Part shown: piece after piece, positions 8,989-18,977 of the stretch | How the letters are laid out: every line of letters begins with the position of its first letter | How positions within the stretch are numbered: position 1 is the stretch's first letter | Translations under genes and position numbers: made by a program | The notes under the pieces: model-generated | Seen by the model: only the letters and a program-made list of their open reading frames with translations | Databases searched by the model: none | Told to the model about the DNA's origin: nothing | Assembly: GCF_014859505.1 (NCBI RefSeq) | Contig: NZ_JACUUD010000002.1 | Location: forward strand, 4,166-68,165 | Direction of reading: 5' to 3' | Length of the DNA stretch: 64,000 nucleotides | DNA from: Halomonas sp. | Lineage (GTDB): Bacteria > Pseudomonadota > Gammaproteobacteria > Pseudomonadales > Halomonadaceae

Positions 8989-11013
8989 ATGCCCCAACAC
9001 CAGCACCCCGGCCACGTCGACTCCATTCTTTCCGCCGGCGACGAGCCCATGAGCAACCCCTCCGCCAACGGCTACTTCGGCGACATCCTCGAGGCCCGCA
9101 TCAGCCGCCGCGCCATGCTGCGCGGCAGCCTCGCCGCCGCCGTTACCGGCGCCATGGCCACCCAGCTGCCCTTCGGCAGCGCCTTCGCCGCCACCGGCGC
9201 CAGCGCCCCGGCGCCGAGCCTCGGCTTCAAGGCCGTGCCGGTCAGCGCCGCCGACAGCGTGGTGGTGCCGGAGGGCTACCGGGTCAGCGCCATCCTGCCC
9301 ATGGGCACCCCGGTCAGCGGCGCCATGCCCGCCTGGTCCCCGAGCGCCAGCGGCGAGGCCCAGGGCCACCAGGTGGGCAGCCACCACGACGGCATGCACT
9401 TCTTCCCGCTGGAGGGCAGCTCCCGTGACGGCCTGCTGGTGATGAACCACGAGTATATCGAGCCGCGCTTCCTGCATGCCGCGGCCGCCGGCCTGGCGCT
9501 GGACCGCAGCGGCTTCCCGCAGAACGCCGATGGCAGCCGCGACGACGACCAGGTGCTCAAGGAACTCAACGCCCATGGCGTGACCCTCGTGCGCATCCGC
9601 GAGGATGACACTGGCCAGTGGCAGGTGGTGGAGGACGCCCGCAACCGTCGCGTCACCGGCCTCACGCCGATGCGCCTGGCCGGGCCGGTGGCCGGTACCG
9701 AGCATGTGGTGACGAAGTACAGCCCGGACGGCACCATGACCCGCGGCACCCTCAACAACTGCGCCCACGGCGTCACCCCCTGGAACACCTACCTGGCCGC
9801 TGAGGAAAACTGGGCCGGCTACTTCGCCAACACGGACACCGAGATCGATCGTCGCCAGGCCCGTTACGGCATCGAGACCCGCGACACCGGCCGCTACCAG
9901 TGGCACCGGGCGCAGAGCGGTGCCGACGAGTACGTGCGCTTCGATGCCAGCACCCGCGGCGCCTCCCCCGCCGAGGACTACCGCAACGAGCCCCACGCCT
10001 TCGGCTGGATGGTAGAGATCGACCCCATGGACCCGGCGGCCACGCCGATCAAGCGCTCCCACCTGGGCCGCTTCGCCCACGAGGGGGTGATCTTCGCCCC
10101 CGCGGTGGAGGGCCAGCCGGTGGTGGCCTACTCCGGCGACGATGCCCGCTTCGAGTACATCTACAAGTTCGTCTCCGCCCGCCCCTACCACGCCGCCACT
10201 GCCGACGGCTCCCTGCTCGACGAGGGCACTCTCTACGTGGCCAGGTTCCACGAGGATGGCCGCGGCGAGTGGCTGGCCCTGGCCCCGGGCGAGAACGGCC
10301 TGACGCCGGAGAACGGCTTCGTGGACCTGGCCGACATCCTGGTCAACACCCGCGCCGCCGCCGACCAGGCGGGCGCCACGAAGATGGACCGCCCCGAGTG
10401 GGGCGCGGTGGACCCGATCACCGGCCAGGTCTACTTCACCCTGACCAATAACACCCGCCGCGAGGCGGGCGACGAGGACGCCGCCAACCCCCGCGCCGAC
10501 AACAGCTTCGGGCATATCATCCGCTGGCAGGAAGAGGGCAGCCATGCCGGCACGCGCTTCGCCTGGGACCTCTTCGTGCTGGCCGGTGACGGCGACGACA
10601 GCCGCGACCTGGCCGGCGAGCCGCTGGATCAGGAGGCGATCTTCGCCAACCCCGACGGCCTGTGGATCGACGCCGATCGTCGGGTATGGATCCAGACCGA
10701 TATCAGCGAGCGAGTGATGAACACCGGCATCTATGAGGTGTTCGGCAACAACCAGATACTGGCCGCCAATCCCGAAACCGGTGAGATCCGGCGCTTCCTG
10801 ACCGGCCCCGTCGGCCAGGAGATCACCGGCGTGGTGACCACCCCGGACCGTCGCACCATGTTCGTCAACGTCCAGCACCCGGGCGCCACCACCTCGGCCG
10901 AGGCCTTCGCCGCGGGCGAGCTGGTGAGCCACTGGCCGGAGGGCGGCAGCGCCATCCCGCGCTCGGCAACCCTGGTGATCACCCGGGAGGACGGCGGCAT
11001 CATCGGCGCCTGA
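8989..11013 (+). CDS. phoX: PhoX-family alkaline phosphatase, Tat-exported
   Basis: Tat motif SRRAMLRG; HHDGMHFF, MNHEY, GTLNNCA.G.TPW.TYL..EEN, GRFAHE, MDRPEW, NPDGL, EITG, FVNVQHPG. Confidence 0.92.
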   Translation: MPQHQHPGHVDSILSAGDEPMSNPSANGYFGDILEARISRRAMLRGSLAAAVTGAMATQLPFGSAFAATGASAPAPSLGFKAVPVSAADSVVVPEGYRVSAILPMGTPVSGAMPAWSPSASGEAQGHQVGSHHDGMHFFPLEGSSRDGLLVMNHEYIEPRFLHAAAAGLALDRSGFPQNADGSRDDDQVLKELNAHGVTLVRIREDDTGQWQVVEDARNRRVTGLTPMRLAGPVAGTEHVVTKYSPDGTMTRGTLNNCAHGVTPWNTYLAAEENWAGYFANTDTEIDRRQARYGIETRDTGRYQWHRAQSGADEYVRFDASTRGASPAEDYRNEPHAFGWMVEIDPMDPAATPIKRSHLGRFAHEGVIFAPAVEGQPVVAYSGDDARFEYIYKFVSARPYHAATADGSLLDEGTLYVARFHEDGRGEWLALAPGENGLTPENGFVDLADILVNTRAAADQAGATKMDRPEWGAVDPITGQVYFTLTNNTRREAGDEDAANPRADNSFGHIIRWQEEGSHAGTRFAWDLFVLAGDGDDSRDLAGEPLDQEAIFANPDGLWIDADRRVWIQTDISERVMNTGIYEVFGNNQILAANPETGEIRRFLTGPVGQEITGVVTTPDRRTMFVNVQHPGATTSAEAFAAGELVSHWPEGGSAIPRSATLVITREDGGIIGA

Positions 11014-11030
11014 CGGCTCACCTCCCCCGA

Positions 11031-11068
11031 ACGCAAGCGGCCCCGCCATCTGGCGGGGCCGCTTGCGT
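11031..11068. terminator. Bidirectional terminator hairpin between phoX and purK
   Basis: ACGCAAGCGGCCCCGCCA...TGGCGGGGCCGCTTGCGT, a long perfect stem between convergent genes. Confidence 0.75.
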
Positions 11069-11113
11069 GGAGCCTGACAGGAAACGGCGCATGAACCGCG
11101 CCGTGGCACCGGC

Positions 11114-12241
11114 CTATTCGAAGCTGAAGCGGGGCTTGGGGGCCTCGGGCAGCAGAGCCGCGCAGGCACGCACCCGCTCCATCAGCGCCTCGTGGGTCGG
11201 CGCCACCAGATTGACGTGGGCCAGCTTGCGCCCGGGGCGCTCGCTCTTGTCGTAGCGATGCAGGTGGGCGTCCGGCAGGGCGAGGATCGCCGCCGGGTCG
11301 CCCTCGCGGCCGATCACGTTGACCATGCAGGTGGGCAGTCGCGCGGCGGTGTCGCCCAGCGGCAGGCCCTGGATGGCGCGCAGGTGGTTCTCGAACTGGC
11401 TGGTCACCGCGCCGTCCATGGTCCAGTGCCCGGAGTTGTGCACCCGGGGCGCCATCTCGTTGGCCAGCAGGCTGCCGTCGGCGCACTGGAAGAGCTCCAG
11501 GGTCAGTACCCCCACGTAGTCGAGCTCGTCGAGCAACGCGCGGATATAGCCGTCGGCGATCTGCTGCACGCTGTCGTCCAGGTCCGGCATGGGGGCCACG
11601 GAGTAGCGCAGGATGCCATCCACGTGCTGGTTCTCGGCCATGGGGTAGAAGACCACCTCGCCGTCGCGGCCACGCACGGCGATGATCGACACCTCGCGCA
11701 CGAACTCCACGAAGGACTCCACGATCAGTCGCGGATGGCCGATGGCGCGCCAGGCTTCCGCGGCCTCGGCCGGGTCACGCAGCACCGCCTGGCCCTTGCC
11801 GTCGTAGCCCTCGGTCACCGACTTGGCCACCACCGGGCAGCCCAGCTCCCGGGCCGCGGCCGCAAGCTCGTCGGCGTGCTCCACCAGGCGGTAGGCCGGG
11901 GTGGGGATCCCAAGCCGGTCGAACAGGGCCTTCTCCTCGGCGCGGTTCTGGCAGACCCGGATCGCCTCGCTGGAGGGGTAGACCGGCCTGACCTCCTCGA
12001 TGGCCTGCACCAGCGAGACCGGCAGGTGCTCGAACTCGTAGGTGACGAGGTCCACCCTGGCCAGGAAGTCCTCCAGCAGATGGTGCTGGTCCGTATGGAT
12101 CATGACATCACCGATGCCGGCGCTGGGGTGGCCGGTGGTATCGAGGAAGGTGAAGCGGTTGGCCAGGGGGTAGCCGGCCAGGGCCAGCATGCGGCCGAGC
12201 TGGCCGGCACCCAGGACACCGATATTCATGGTTTTTTCCAT
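11114..12241 (-). CDS. purK: N5-carboxyaminoimidazole ribonucleotide synthase
   Basis: GVLGAGQLGRML, TYEFEH, GYDGKGQ, NEMAPRVHNSGHWT, RKLAHVN; start 12241 after GAGGAG. Confidence 0.95.
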   Translation of the reverse strand: MEKTMNIGVLGAGQLGRMLALAGYPLANRFTFLDTTGHPSAGIGDVMIHTDQHHLLEDFLARVDLVTYEFEHLPVSLVQAIEEVRPVYPSSEAIRVCQNRAEEKALFDRLGIPTPAYRLVEHADELAAAARELGCPVVAKSVTEGYDGKGQAVLRDPAEAAEAWRAIGHPRLIVESFVEFVREVSIIAVRGRDGEVVFYPMAENQHVDGILRYSVAPMPDLDDSVQQIADGYIRALLDELDYVGVLTLELFQCADGSLLANEMAPRVHNSGHWTMDGAVTSQFENHLRAIQGLPLGDTAARLPTCMVNVIGREGDPAAILALPDAHLHRYDKSERPGRKLAHVNLVAPTHEALMERVRACAALLPEAPKPRFSFE

Positions 12242-12251
12242 AACCTTCTCC

Positions 12252-12761
12252 TCACTCACTGTCGGGCCGGGGATCAGGATTATCGAGCACCGTCTGTGTC
12301 TGCTCGGCGCGGAACGCCTCCACGGCGGCGCGCACCGTCGCGTCCTGCAGGCCGACGATCTGCGCCGCCAGCAGGCCCGCGTTGGTGGCGCCGGCCTTGC
12401 CGATGGCGAGCGTGCCCACGGCGATGCCTCCGGGCATCTGCACGATGGAGAGCAGCGAATCCAGGCCCTTGAGCGCCTTGGATTCCACCGGCACTCCGAG
12501 CACCGGCAGCGCGGTCTGGGAGGCCACCATGCCCGGCAGGTGAGCCGCCCCGCCGGCGCCGGCGACTATCACCTGCAGGCCCCGCTCGGCGGCGGACCTG
12601 GCGTAGTCGAACAGCAGGTCCGGCGTGCGGTGGGCGGAAACGACGCGGGTCTCGCAGGGAACGCCCAGGCGCTCGAGCATCACCACGGCGTGTTCCATCA
12701 CCGGCCAGTCGGACTTCGACCCCATGATCACGCCAACCTTCGGCGACTGTTCGGACTGCAT
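12252..12761 (-). CDS. purE: N5-CAIR mutase
   Basis: [34 protein letters not shown]. Confidence 0.96.
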   Translation of the reverse strand: MQSEQSPKVGVIMGSKSDWPVMEHAVVMLERLGVPCETRVVSAHRTPDLLFDYARSAAERGLQVIVAGAGGAAHLPGMVASQTALPVLGVPVESKALKGLDSLLSIVQMPGGIAVGTLAIGKAGATNAGLLAAQIVGLQDATVRAAVEAFRAEQTQTVLDNPDPRPDSE

Positions 12762-12852
12762 GGATGCTCCTCGGCAACGGCCTCTGTACGGAAAAGAGTG
12801 CGGAAAGGAAAGCCGCACATTCTAGCCGCGCGGCCCTCCCCCGTCACCTTGA

Positions 12853-14877
12853 CTATCCGGACAGCTCGGCCTCGCGCCGGCTGGCCAGCCAGTTGCCGCC
12901 GATGGCCACGACCATCACCGCCACCCCGATAGCCTCCACCAGGAAGTTCGGCCAGAACACCGCCACGATGGCGCCGGCGATGGCGATGCGCGGGAGCCAC
13001 GACATCCGCGTGAAGAGATAGCCCTCCAGGGCCGCAGCGAAGGCCCCCAGGGCCAGGATCGCGATCAGGCCGTTCCAGGCCACCACCGCCCAGGGGCCAC
13101 CCACGATGATCTCCGGGTTGAAGACCATGAACAGCGGGATCAGGTAGAGCCCCTTGGCGAACTTCCAAGCCTGGAAGCCGGTTTCCATGGGCTTGGAGCC
13201 GGCGATGGCCGCCCCGGCGAAGCCGGCCAGCGCGATCGGTGGGGTCACGTTGGAGTCCTGGGAGTACCAGAACACCACCAGGTGGGCGATCAGCAGCGGG
13301 ATACCGAACTCGGCGGTCAGCGCCGGCCCCACCAGCACGATCAGCACGATGTAGCTCGCAGTGACCGGCAGGCCCATGCCCAGCACCAGGCTGGCCAGCA
13401 GCACCATGACCAGCGCCAGCACGATATTGCCGCCGGAGAAGGCCAGCATCATGGAGGAGAATTTCAGGCCGAGGCCGGTCAGGCCCACGATGCCGACGAT
13501 GATGCCGGCCACGGCACAGGCCATGGAGACCGCCACGGCGTTGCGGGCGCCGAGCTCCAGGCCCTGCACCAGCTTCTTCCAGCCGGCCCACAGCGTCGTA
13601 CCGATGCTGGCCAGGGTCACCTGCTGGCCCTGGCGAGGCGCGACGAACAGGAACCACACCGCATAGCGCAGCACCGCCACGGCGAGCATGGTGACCACTG
13701 CATAGAAGCCCACCCGCATCGGCGACATGTGCATCACCAGCAGCCACACCAGCACGCCAAGCGGCAGCAGGAAGTGCCAGCCCTCCTTCATCACCTCGCG
13801 CACCTGGGGCAGCTCGCTCTTGGCCATGCCCTGCATGCCCTGCTTGAGGGCGATGATATGCACGAAGAGATAGACGGTGGCGAAGTACATGATGGCCGGC
13901 AGCACGCTGACCTTGACCACCTCCAGGTAGGAGACGCCGGTGTACTCGGCGATCAGGAAGGCCCCGGCGCCCATCAGCGGCGGCATGATCTGCCCGCCGG
14001 TGGAGGCGGCCGCCTCGATGCCGCCGGCCTGCCTCGGCTGGAAGCCCAGGCGCTTCATCAGCGGGATGGTGAAGGCCCCGGTGGTGACCACGTTGGCGAT
14101 GGCGCTGCCGGAGATCGAGCCCATACCCGCCGAGGCGATGACCGCCGCCTTCGCCGGCCCACCGCGCTGGCGCCCGGTGGCCGCGTAGGCCAGGTCGATG
14201 AAGAACTTGCCGGCGCCGGTGATCTCGAGGAAGGCGCCGAACAGCACGAAGATGAAGATGTAGGTGGCCGCCACCCCCAGCGGCAGGCCGAAGATCCCCT
14301 CCTGTCCCAGGTAGAGCTGGCCCACCACGCGGTCGATGTTGTAACCGCGATGCTCCAGGATGCCGGGCAGCCACTGCCCCAGCCAGGGCAGCTCGCCCCG
14401 GGGGCCGGCGAAGGCATAGAGGATGGCGACGGCACCGATGATGGTCATGCCCAGGCCCACCGCGCGGCGGCTGGCCTCCAGCACGGTCACGGTGGCGATA
14501 CAGCCGACGATGATGTCGGTCTGGCTCCAGAACCCGGCACGGAGGAAGATCTCGTCCAGGTAGATCACGAGGTAACCGCCGGTCAGCAGGGCCCCGGCCA
14601 GGAACAGGCAGTCGATGGTCCAGCCCAGCACGCCGCGTTTGCGGTGGGGGCCGAAGACCGGAAAGATCAGGAAGGCCAGCAGCATGATCAGCATCAGGTG
14701 AATGCTGCGCTGGTAGAAGAGCCCCAGCGGCTGGATGCCGGCCGAATAGAGCTGGAACAGGGAGAGCCCCACGGCCACCAGGGTGATCAACCAGAGGATA
14801 GGACGCGCCTGGATGGCGTTGCCCCCGGGCACGGTGACCTCGGGCGCGGTGGCGGTGGACTTGGCAGGTTCGCTCAT
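12853..14877 (-). CDS. TRAP transporter fused 4TM/12TM permease (TAXI type)
   Basis: GGPAKAAV, SISGSAIANVVTTG.FTIP, EAAASTGGQIMPPLMGA, LGMGLP, TPP motifs; 674 aa. Confidence 0.93.
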   Translation of the reverse strand: MSEPAKSTATAPEVTVPGGNAIQARPILWLITLVAVGLSLFQLYSAGIQPLGLFYQRSIHLMLIMLLAFLIFPVFGPHRKRGVLGWTIDCLFLAGALLTGGYLVIYLDEIFLRAGFWSQTDIIVGCIATVTVLEASRRAVGLGMTIIGAVAILYAFAGPRGELPWLGQWLPGILEHRGYNIDRVVGQLYLGQEGIFGLPLGVAATYIFIFVLFGAFLEITGAGKFFIDLAYAATGRQRGGPAKAAVIASAGMGSISGSAIANVVTTGAFTIPLMKRLGFQPRQAGGIEAAASTGGQIMPPLMGAGAFLIAEYTGVSYLEVVKVSVLPAIMYFATVYLFVHIIALKQGMQGMAKSELPQVREVMKEGWHFLLPLGVLVWLLVMHMSPMRVGFYAVVTMLAVAVLRYAVWFLFVAPRQGQQVTLASIGTTLWAGWKKLVQGLELGARNAVAVSMACAVAGIIVGIVGLTGLGLKFSSMMLAFSGGNIVLALVMVLLASLVLGMGLPVTASYIVLIVLVGPALTAEFGIPLLIAHLVVFWYSQDSNVTPPIALAGFAGAAIAGSKPMETGFQAWKFAKGLYLIPLFMVFNPEIIVGGPWAVVAWNGLIAILALGAFAAALEGYLFTRMSWLPRIAIAGAIVAVFWPNFLVEAIGVAVMVVAIGGNWLASRREAELSG

Positions 14878-14887
14878 GGGCGTCTCG

Positions 14888-15385
14888 TCAGGATGTGGAT
14901 GCCGAGGTGCGCAGGTGGATCATCACCCGCTCGCCGGCGGCCTGGTCGCTCAGGCTCAGCCGACGCCCCTCGTGCAGCAGTCGATGGTTGACCTCCGGGG
15001 ATCCGACCCGGAGGCGATAGCGGTTGCCGGGCACCGGCTCGTCGATCTCCTCGATCCAGTAGCCGCCCTCGCCGTCGGAGACCTGCCGCCCCCGGCCGGG
15101 CACATGGCCGAGGCCCGCGGCGAAGTCGGGTTGGTGGCTGCGCTCCAGCACCATCAGGCCCTCGCGGTGGCGATAGCAGTCCTGCACGCGGATCCCGGTG
15201 ACCGAGTGGTTCCACTCCAGGCACCAGGCCTCGCCCTCGGGCATCGGCAGCGAGGCGATCCGCCGGCCGTTGTCGGCGGTGACCTCGAGCCAGCCCTCGC
15301 CGCTGGCCTCGCTCGCCAGGGCAAGCAGCAGACACAGCGCAAAGGCCGCCGGCCCGAGGGCACGGCGGCTGACAGCATGGATCAT
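14888..15385 (-). CDS. DUF1850-like small protein of TAXI-TRAP operons
   Basis: Signal-like N-terminus, W.HSV, FAAGLG; sits between the TAXI receptor and the fused permease. Confidence 0.7.
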   Translation of the reverse strand: MIHAVSRRALGPAAFALCLLLALASEASGEGWLEVTADNGRRIASLPMPEGEAWCLEWNHSVTGIRVQDCYRHREGLMVLERSHQPDFAAGLGHVPGRGRQVSDGEGGYWIEEIDEPVPGNRYRLRVGSPEVNHRLLHEGRRLSLSDQAAGERVMIHLRTSASTS

Positions 15386-15417
15386 GGAAGGCATCGGGGT
15401 GCCCGGTTCGGGTCGCG

Positions 15418-16377
15418 TTACGGGCGCTGGTGGTCCTGGACCTCGACGCCGATCTCCTCATAGTAGCGCAGCGCGCCGTCATGGAAGGGGATCGGGGTGG
15501 AGTCGATGCTGAACTCCACGGTGGTGTCGTTGGCCGCCGGGTGCACCGCGATCAGCTCGTCGGTGTTATCGAACAGCAGCTTGGTGATCTGGTAGGCCAG
15601 CTCCTCGTCCATCTCACTGCTCACCGCCAGCACGTTGGGAATGCTGATGGTGTGCACCGCCTCGTCCATGCCGTCGTACATGCCGGCGCGCAGGTCGTAG
15701 GGCGCGAACACGGGCTCCGCCTCGCGGGCGTTGGCAACTTGCTCGTCGGAGAAGCCGACCAGGCGGATATCGCGGGTGGTGGCCAGGTTGAGGATCGAGC
15801 TGGTGGGCGGGCCCACGCTCCAGAAGCCGGCATCGATGTCGCCGTCGCGGATGGCGTCGGCGGTCTCGTTGAAGTTCAGGCGCTGGGGGGTGAAGTCGTC
15901 GTAGGTGATGCCGTTGGCTTCCAGCAGGGCGCGGGCGTTGAGCTCGGTGCCGCTACCCGGGGCCCCCACCGAGACGCGCTTGCCGCGCAGGTCCTCGAGG
16001 GTATGGACGTCGGAGTCGGCCAGGGTCACCAGCTGCACGGCGTTGGGGTAGACCGAGGCCAGGGCACGCATGTTATCGAGCGCGCGGCCCTCGAAGTCAC
16101 CGGTGCCGTTGTAGGCCTGGTAGACGGTATCCGCCAGCGCCAGCGCCAGGTCGGAATCCCCGCGCCACACCAGCCCCATGTTCTCCACCGAGGCGCCGGT
16201 GACCTCGGCCACGGCGCTGGCCCCCTCGATATGCTTGTTGATCATCTCGGCCAGGCCGCCGCCCAGCGGGTAGTAGACCCCGCCGGTACCGCCGGTGGCG
16301 ATGGAGAGCTGCTGGGCGGCGGCCAGCGGGGCCGTGGCGAGCAGCGAAGCGGCGATGGCGTACTTCATGGCGTTCAT
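15418..16377 (-). CDS. TAXI-family TRAP solute-binding protein
   Basis: IATGGTGGVYYPLGG, TGASVEN, SVGAPGSGTE, IPFHDGA; start 16377 after GGAGG. Confidence 0.92.
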   Translation of the reverse strand: MNAMKYAIAASLLATAPLAAAQQLSIATGGTGGVYYPLGGGLAEMINKHIEGASAVAEVTGASVENMGLVWRGDSDLALALADTVYQAYNGTGDFEGRALDNMRALASVYPNAVQLVTLADSDVHTLEDLRGKRVSVGAPGSGTELNARALLEANGITYDDFTPQRLNFNETADAIRDGDIDAGFWSVGPPTSSILNLATTRDIRLVGFSDEQVANAREAEPVFAPYDLRAGMYDGMDEAVHTISIPNVLAVSSEMDEELAYQITKLLFDNTDELIAVHPAANDTTVEFSIDSTPIPFHDGALRYYEEIGVEVQDHQRP

Positions 16378-16541
16378 GGCAATCCTCCGGGCTGGAACCC
16401 GATTAACTTGTGGGGTTGTTATCGGCGCAGAGGTGGTCGCGCCTGCAGGAAACCTAGCATGGCCCCTGCGTGGGTGGCCAACGGTCATATTTCTACGTTT
16501 CTGGATTCTTTCGGCAATTCCACCAAGGTCGCCCCGCTCGC

Positions 16542-17738
16542 TCAGCCCTCTGCCATCACCTTCACCTGCTCGACGATATGGGCCCCGATGGGAATCGCCG
16601 AGGTCGCCGCGGGCGACGGGGCATTGCCCACGTTGAGGGTGCGCCGGGTGTTCACGAACAGGAAGTCGTCCACCAGCTTGCCGTCCCGGGAGACCGCCTG
16701 GGCGCGCACCCCGGCCGGGTAGGGCTCGAGGTCCTCGAGGGTCAGGCTCGGGCAGTACTTGCGCACCAGCTCCAGGTACCCCCGCTTGTAGAGGGAGTTC
16801 TTCATCTCCACGAGGCCCGGGCGCAGGTTCTTGCCCAGTACCTTGAGGATGCCGGGGTTGGTGAACATCCGCGCCATGTCGGTGAGCGAGATATCGCGCT
16901 TGTGGTAGCCCTCGCGCTTGAGCGCCAGCACCGCGTTGGGACCGACGGTGACGCTGCCGTCGATCATACGCGTCAGGTGCACGCCCAGGAAGGGCATCGA
17001 GGGGTCGGGAATCGGGTAGATCAGGTGGTTGACGATGGCATTGTGCTTCGCCGGTAGCCGGTAGTACTCGCCGCGGAAGGGGCAGATGGTGAAGCCCGGA
17101 TCCTGGCCCAGCAGGCGGATCACCCGGTCGGCCATGAGTCCCGAGCAGGTCACCAGATAGCGGCCGGTGAACTCGCCGGCGCCGGTGGTCACCACCACTT
17201 CATGGCGGCGCTCCTCGAGGCCCGTCACCTCGCAGCCGTAGCGGATCTCGCCGCCCATCCGCTCGAACTCGGCGGCCATGGCGCGGGTCACCGCGGCATA
17301 GTCGACGATGCCGCTGGAGGGCACGAAGATGCCGCCGACCCCGGTGATATTGGGCTCGCGCTCGGCCAGCGCCTCGGCGGAGAGCCACTCGCGCTCCAGG
17401 CCATTGGCCGCGGTGCGCTCCCACAGCGCGGTCATGCGCTCCATCTCGAGCTCGCTGGTGGCCACCAGCAGCTTGCCGCAGGTGTCATAGGGAATGTCGT
17501 GGACGTCGCAGAAGGCCTTGGTGGCCCGGTTGCCCTCGAGGCAGAAGCGCGCCTTGAGGCTGCCCGGGGTGTAGTAGACCCCGGCGTGGATCACGCCGCT
17601 GTTGTGGCCGGTCTGGTGCATGGCCGGTGTGGCTTCCTTCTCCAGCAGCAGCATGCGCCGCTCCGGGTAGGCCTGCTTGAGCTGCATGGCGGTGGACATC
17701 CCCAGGATGCCACCGCCCACGATGACGAAATCGTACAT
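16542..17738 (-). CDS. lhgO: L-2-hydroxyglutarate oxidase
   Basis: MYDFVIVGGGI.G, HQTGHNSGVIHAGVYY.PGSLKA, FRGEY, FLGVHLTR, GVRAQAV, NAPSPAATS. Confidence 0.93.
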   Translation of the reverse strand: MYDFVIVGGGILGMSTAMQLKQAYPERRMLLLEKEATPAMHQTGHNSGVIHAGVYYTPGSLKARFCLEGNRATKAFCDVHDIPYDTCGKLLVATSELEMERMTALWERTAANGLEREWLSAEALAEREPNITGVGGIFVPSSGIVDYAAVTRAMAAEFERMGGEIRYGCEVTGLEERRHEVVVTTGAGEFTGRYLVTCSGLMADRVIRLLGQDPGFTICPFRGEYYRLPAKHNAIVNHLIYPIPDPSMPFLGVHLTRMIDGSVTVGPNAVLALKREGYHKRDISLTDMARMFTNPGILKVLGKNLRPGLVEMKNSLYKRGYLELVRKYCPSLTLEDLEPYPAGVRAQAVSRDGKLVDDFLFVNTRRTLNVGNAPSPAATSAIPIGAHIVEQVKVMAEG

Positions 17739-17822
17739 GCCTTCCTCGCTCCTGCAATGAGACGCCACGCCGTGGTCGCGGCGTGGCCTGGTCAGGATAA
17801 CTCACCCCTTGCGGCGTTTCCC

Positions 17823-18206
17823 TCAGACCTGGCGCGGATTGCGAAGGGTCTTGGCGTGGGTGAGGGTGTTCACCAGCACCGGCTGGAGGGTGTTGCCGCA
17901 CAGGTCATCGAGGACCTTTGCCACCCGGAAGCGCGGCATCGACTTGTACTCCAGCGCCTGGACGGGCCACTCGGCCACGGCCGCCAGGAAGGCCTCGACC
18001 ACCTCGCGGGAGACGGTCAGCTGCAGCAGCCGCGGCGAGGCCGCGGACGGCGCCAGGGTGAAGCCGCGGATGTCGGCGGACTGGATCCAGCTGCCGGTCA
18101 ACACGATCCAGCCCCAGCCGATCATGGCGCCGAAGGCCAGGGCGAGTACATCCTTGCCGGCCAGTACGCGGGTCAGCTGCCCCTGCGACGAGGAATCTTG
18201 GCTCAT
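17823..18206 (-). pseudogene. glaH: In-frame chimeric relic: APC amino-acid permease N-terminus (44 codons, 18075-18206) fused to a glutarate hydroxylase CsiD/GlaH fragment (about 17862-18074)
   Basis: [23 protein letters not shown] is APC TM1. It is followed by [17 protein letters not shown]...[26 protein letters not shown], matching the CsiD N-terminus as I recall it from E. coli and P. putida. Lies directly upstream of lhgO. Confidence 0.82.
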
Positions 18207-18602
18207 GTCGCCCTCTCTTCGTTGTAGTTGTTGCCTTGATGAAAATTTTTCTCCAGAACATCGACAAAAATAGATAACGAAGAATAAATGATGAAGTGTC
18301 GTTCGATATACTTTATGCCAGACCTTGGTCACCGACCTCCCTGACACCTCTCTCCAGCCGTCAAAAAATCCTCGTAAAATTATATAATTCAGTGCTTTAT
18401 ATTCATTTCACGTCAAACTCATCCAGCACGGGCCAGGGCAGATCCGGCACAGGCATCAAGCTCGATATTATGGACGCCAGGGACCAGTGATCGCGTGCGC
18501 ACCCGATCGCCCAAATGCAACGAAAGCATCATGGAATCGCCACTGGCAAAATCGCCGGACAGCCGCCATAGTGTGCTTGTCGAAATCGCCCACTGGAGCA
18601 CC

Positions 18603-18881
18603 ATGAGTACTGCACGTAACACCCTCAGCGTGGATCCTTCCGACCCCCCGCGAAGAAGCCCTGACCTCGACGTCAGGGACCTGGAAAAACGTTCACGCCT
18701 CATGCGCATCGTGAGCAGGCTGATCGCGGTCTCGGACCTCGGCTGCCGAGAGATCGCTCGACGCGCAGGCCTGCCGGCCCAGAAGGTCAGCGATCTGCTC
18801 TCCGGCCGACTGGAGCATCTCTCCGTCGAGGAGCTGCAGATTCTCTACCGCACCATCGACCCCCAGCCGACGGCCCACTGA
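18603..18881 (+). CDS. Small XRE-family HTH protein (HigA/HTH_37-like)
   Basis: REIARRAGLPAQKVSDLLSGRLEHLSVEEL HTH pattern; ATG at 18603 after GGAG; 92 aa. Confidence 0.65.
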   Translation: MSTARNTLSVDPSDPPRRSPDLDVRDLEKRSRLMRIVSRLIAVSDLGCREIARRAGLPAQKVSDLLSGRLEHLSVEELQILYRTIDPQPTAH

Positions 18882-18926
18882 GGCAGTGCTGACGCGAGTC
18901 AGCGTGATAGATCGATGACCTAACAT

Positions 18927-18956
18927 GCGAAGAGCGCCCCGCGGGGCGCTCTTCGC
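18927..18956. terminator. Bidirectional terminator hairpin
   Basis: GCGAAGAGCGCCCC-GC-GGGGCGCTCTTCGC perfect inverted repeat between convergent genes. Confidence 0.7.
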
Positions 18957-18977
18957 GTATCTGCGGCTGACATCACC

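Noticed and set aside
18296-18330. TGGCAT on the minus strand as a sigma-54 promoter for the permease relic
   Set aside because: No TTGC at the -12 position.
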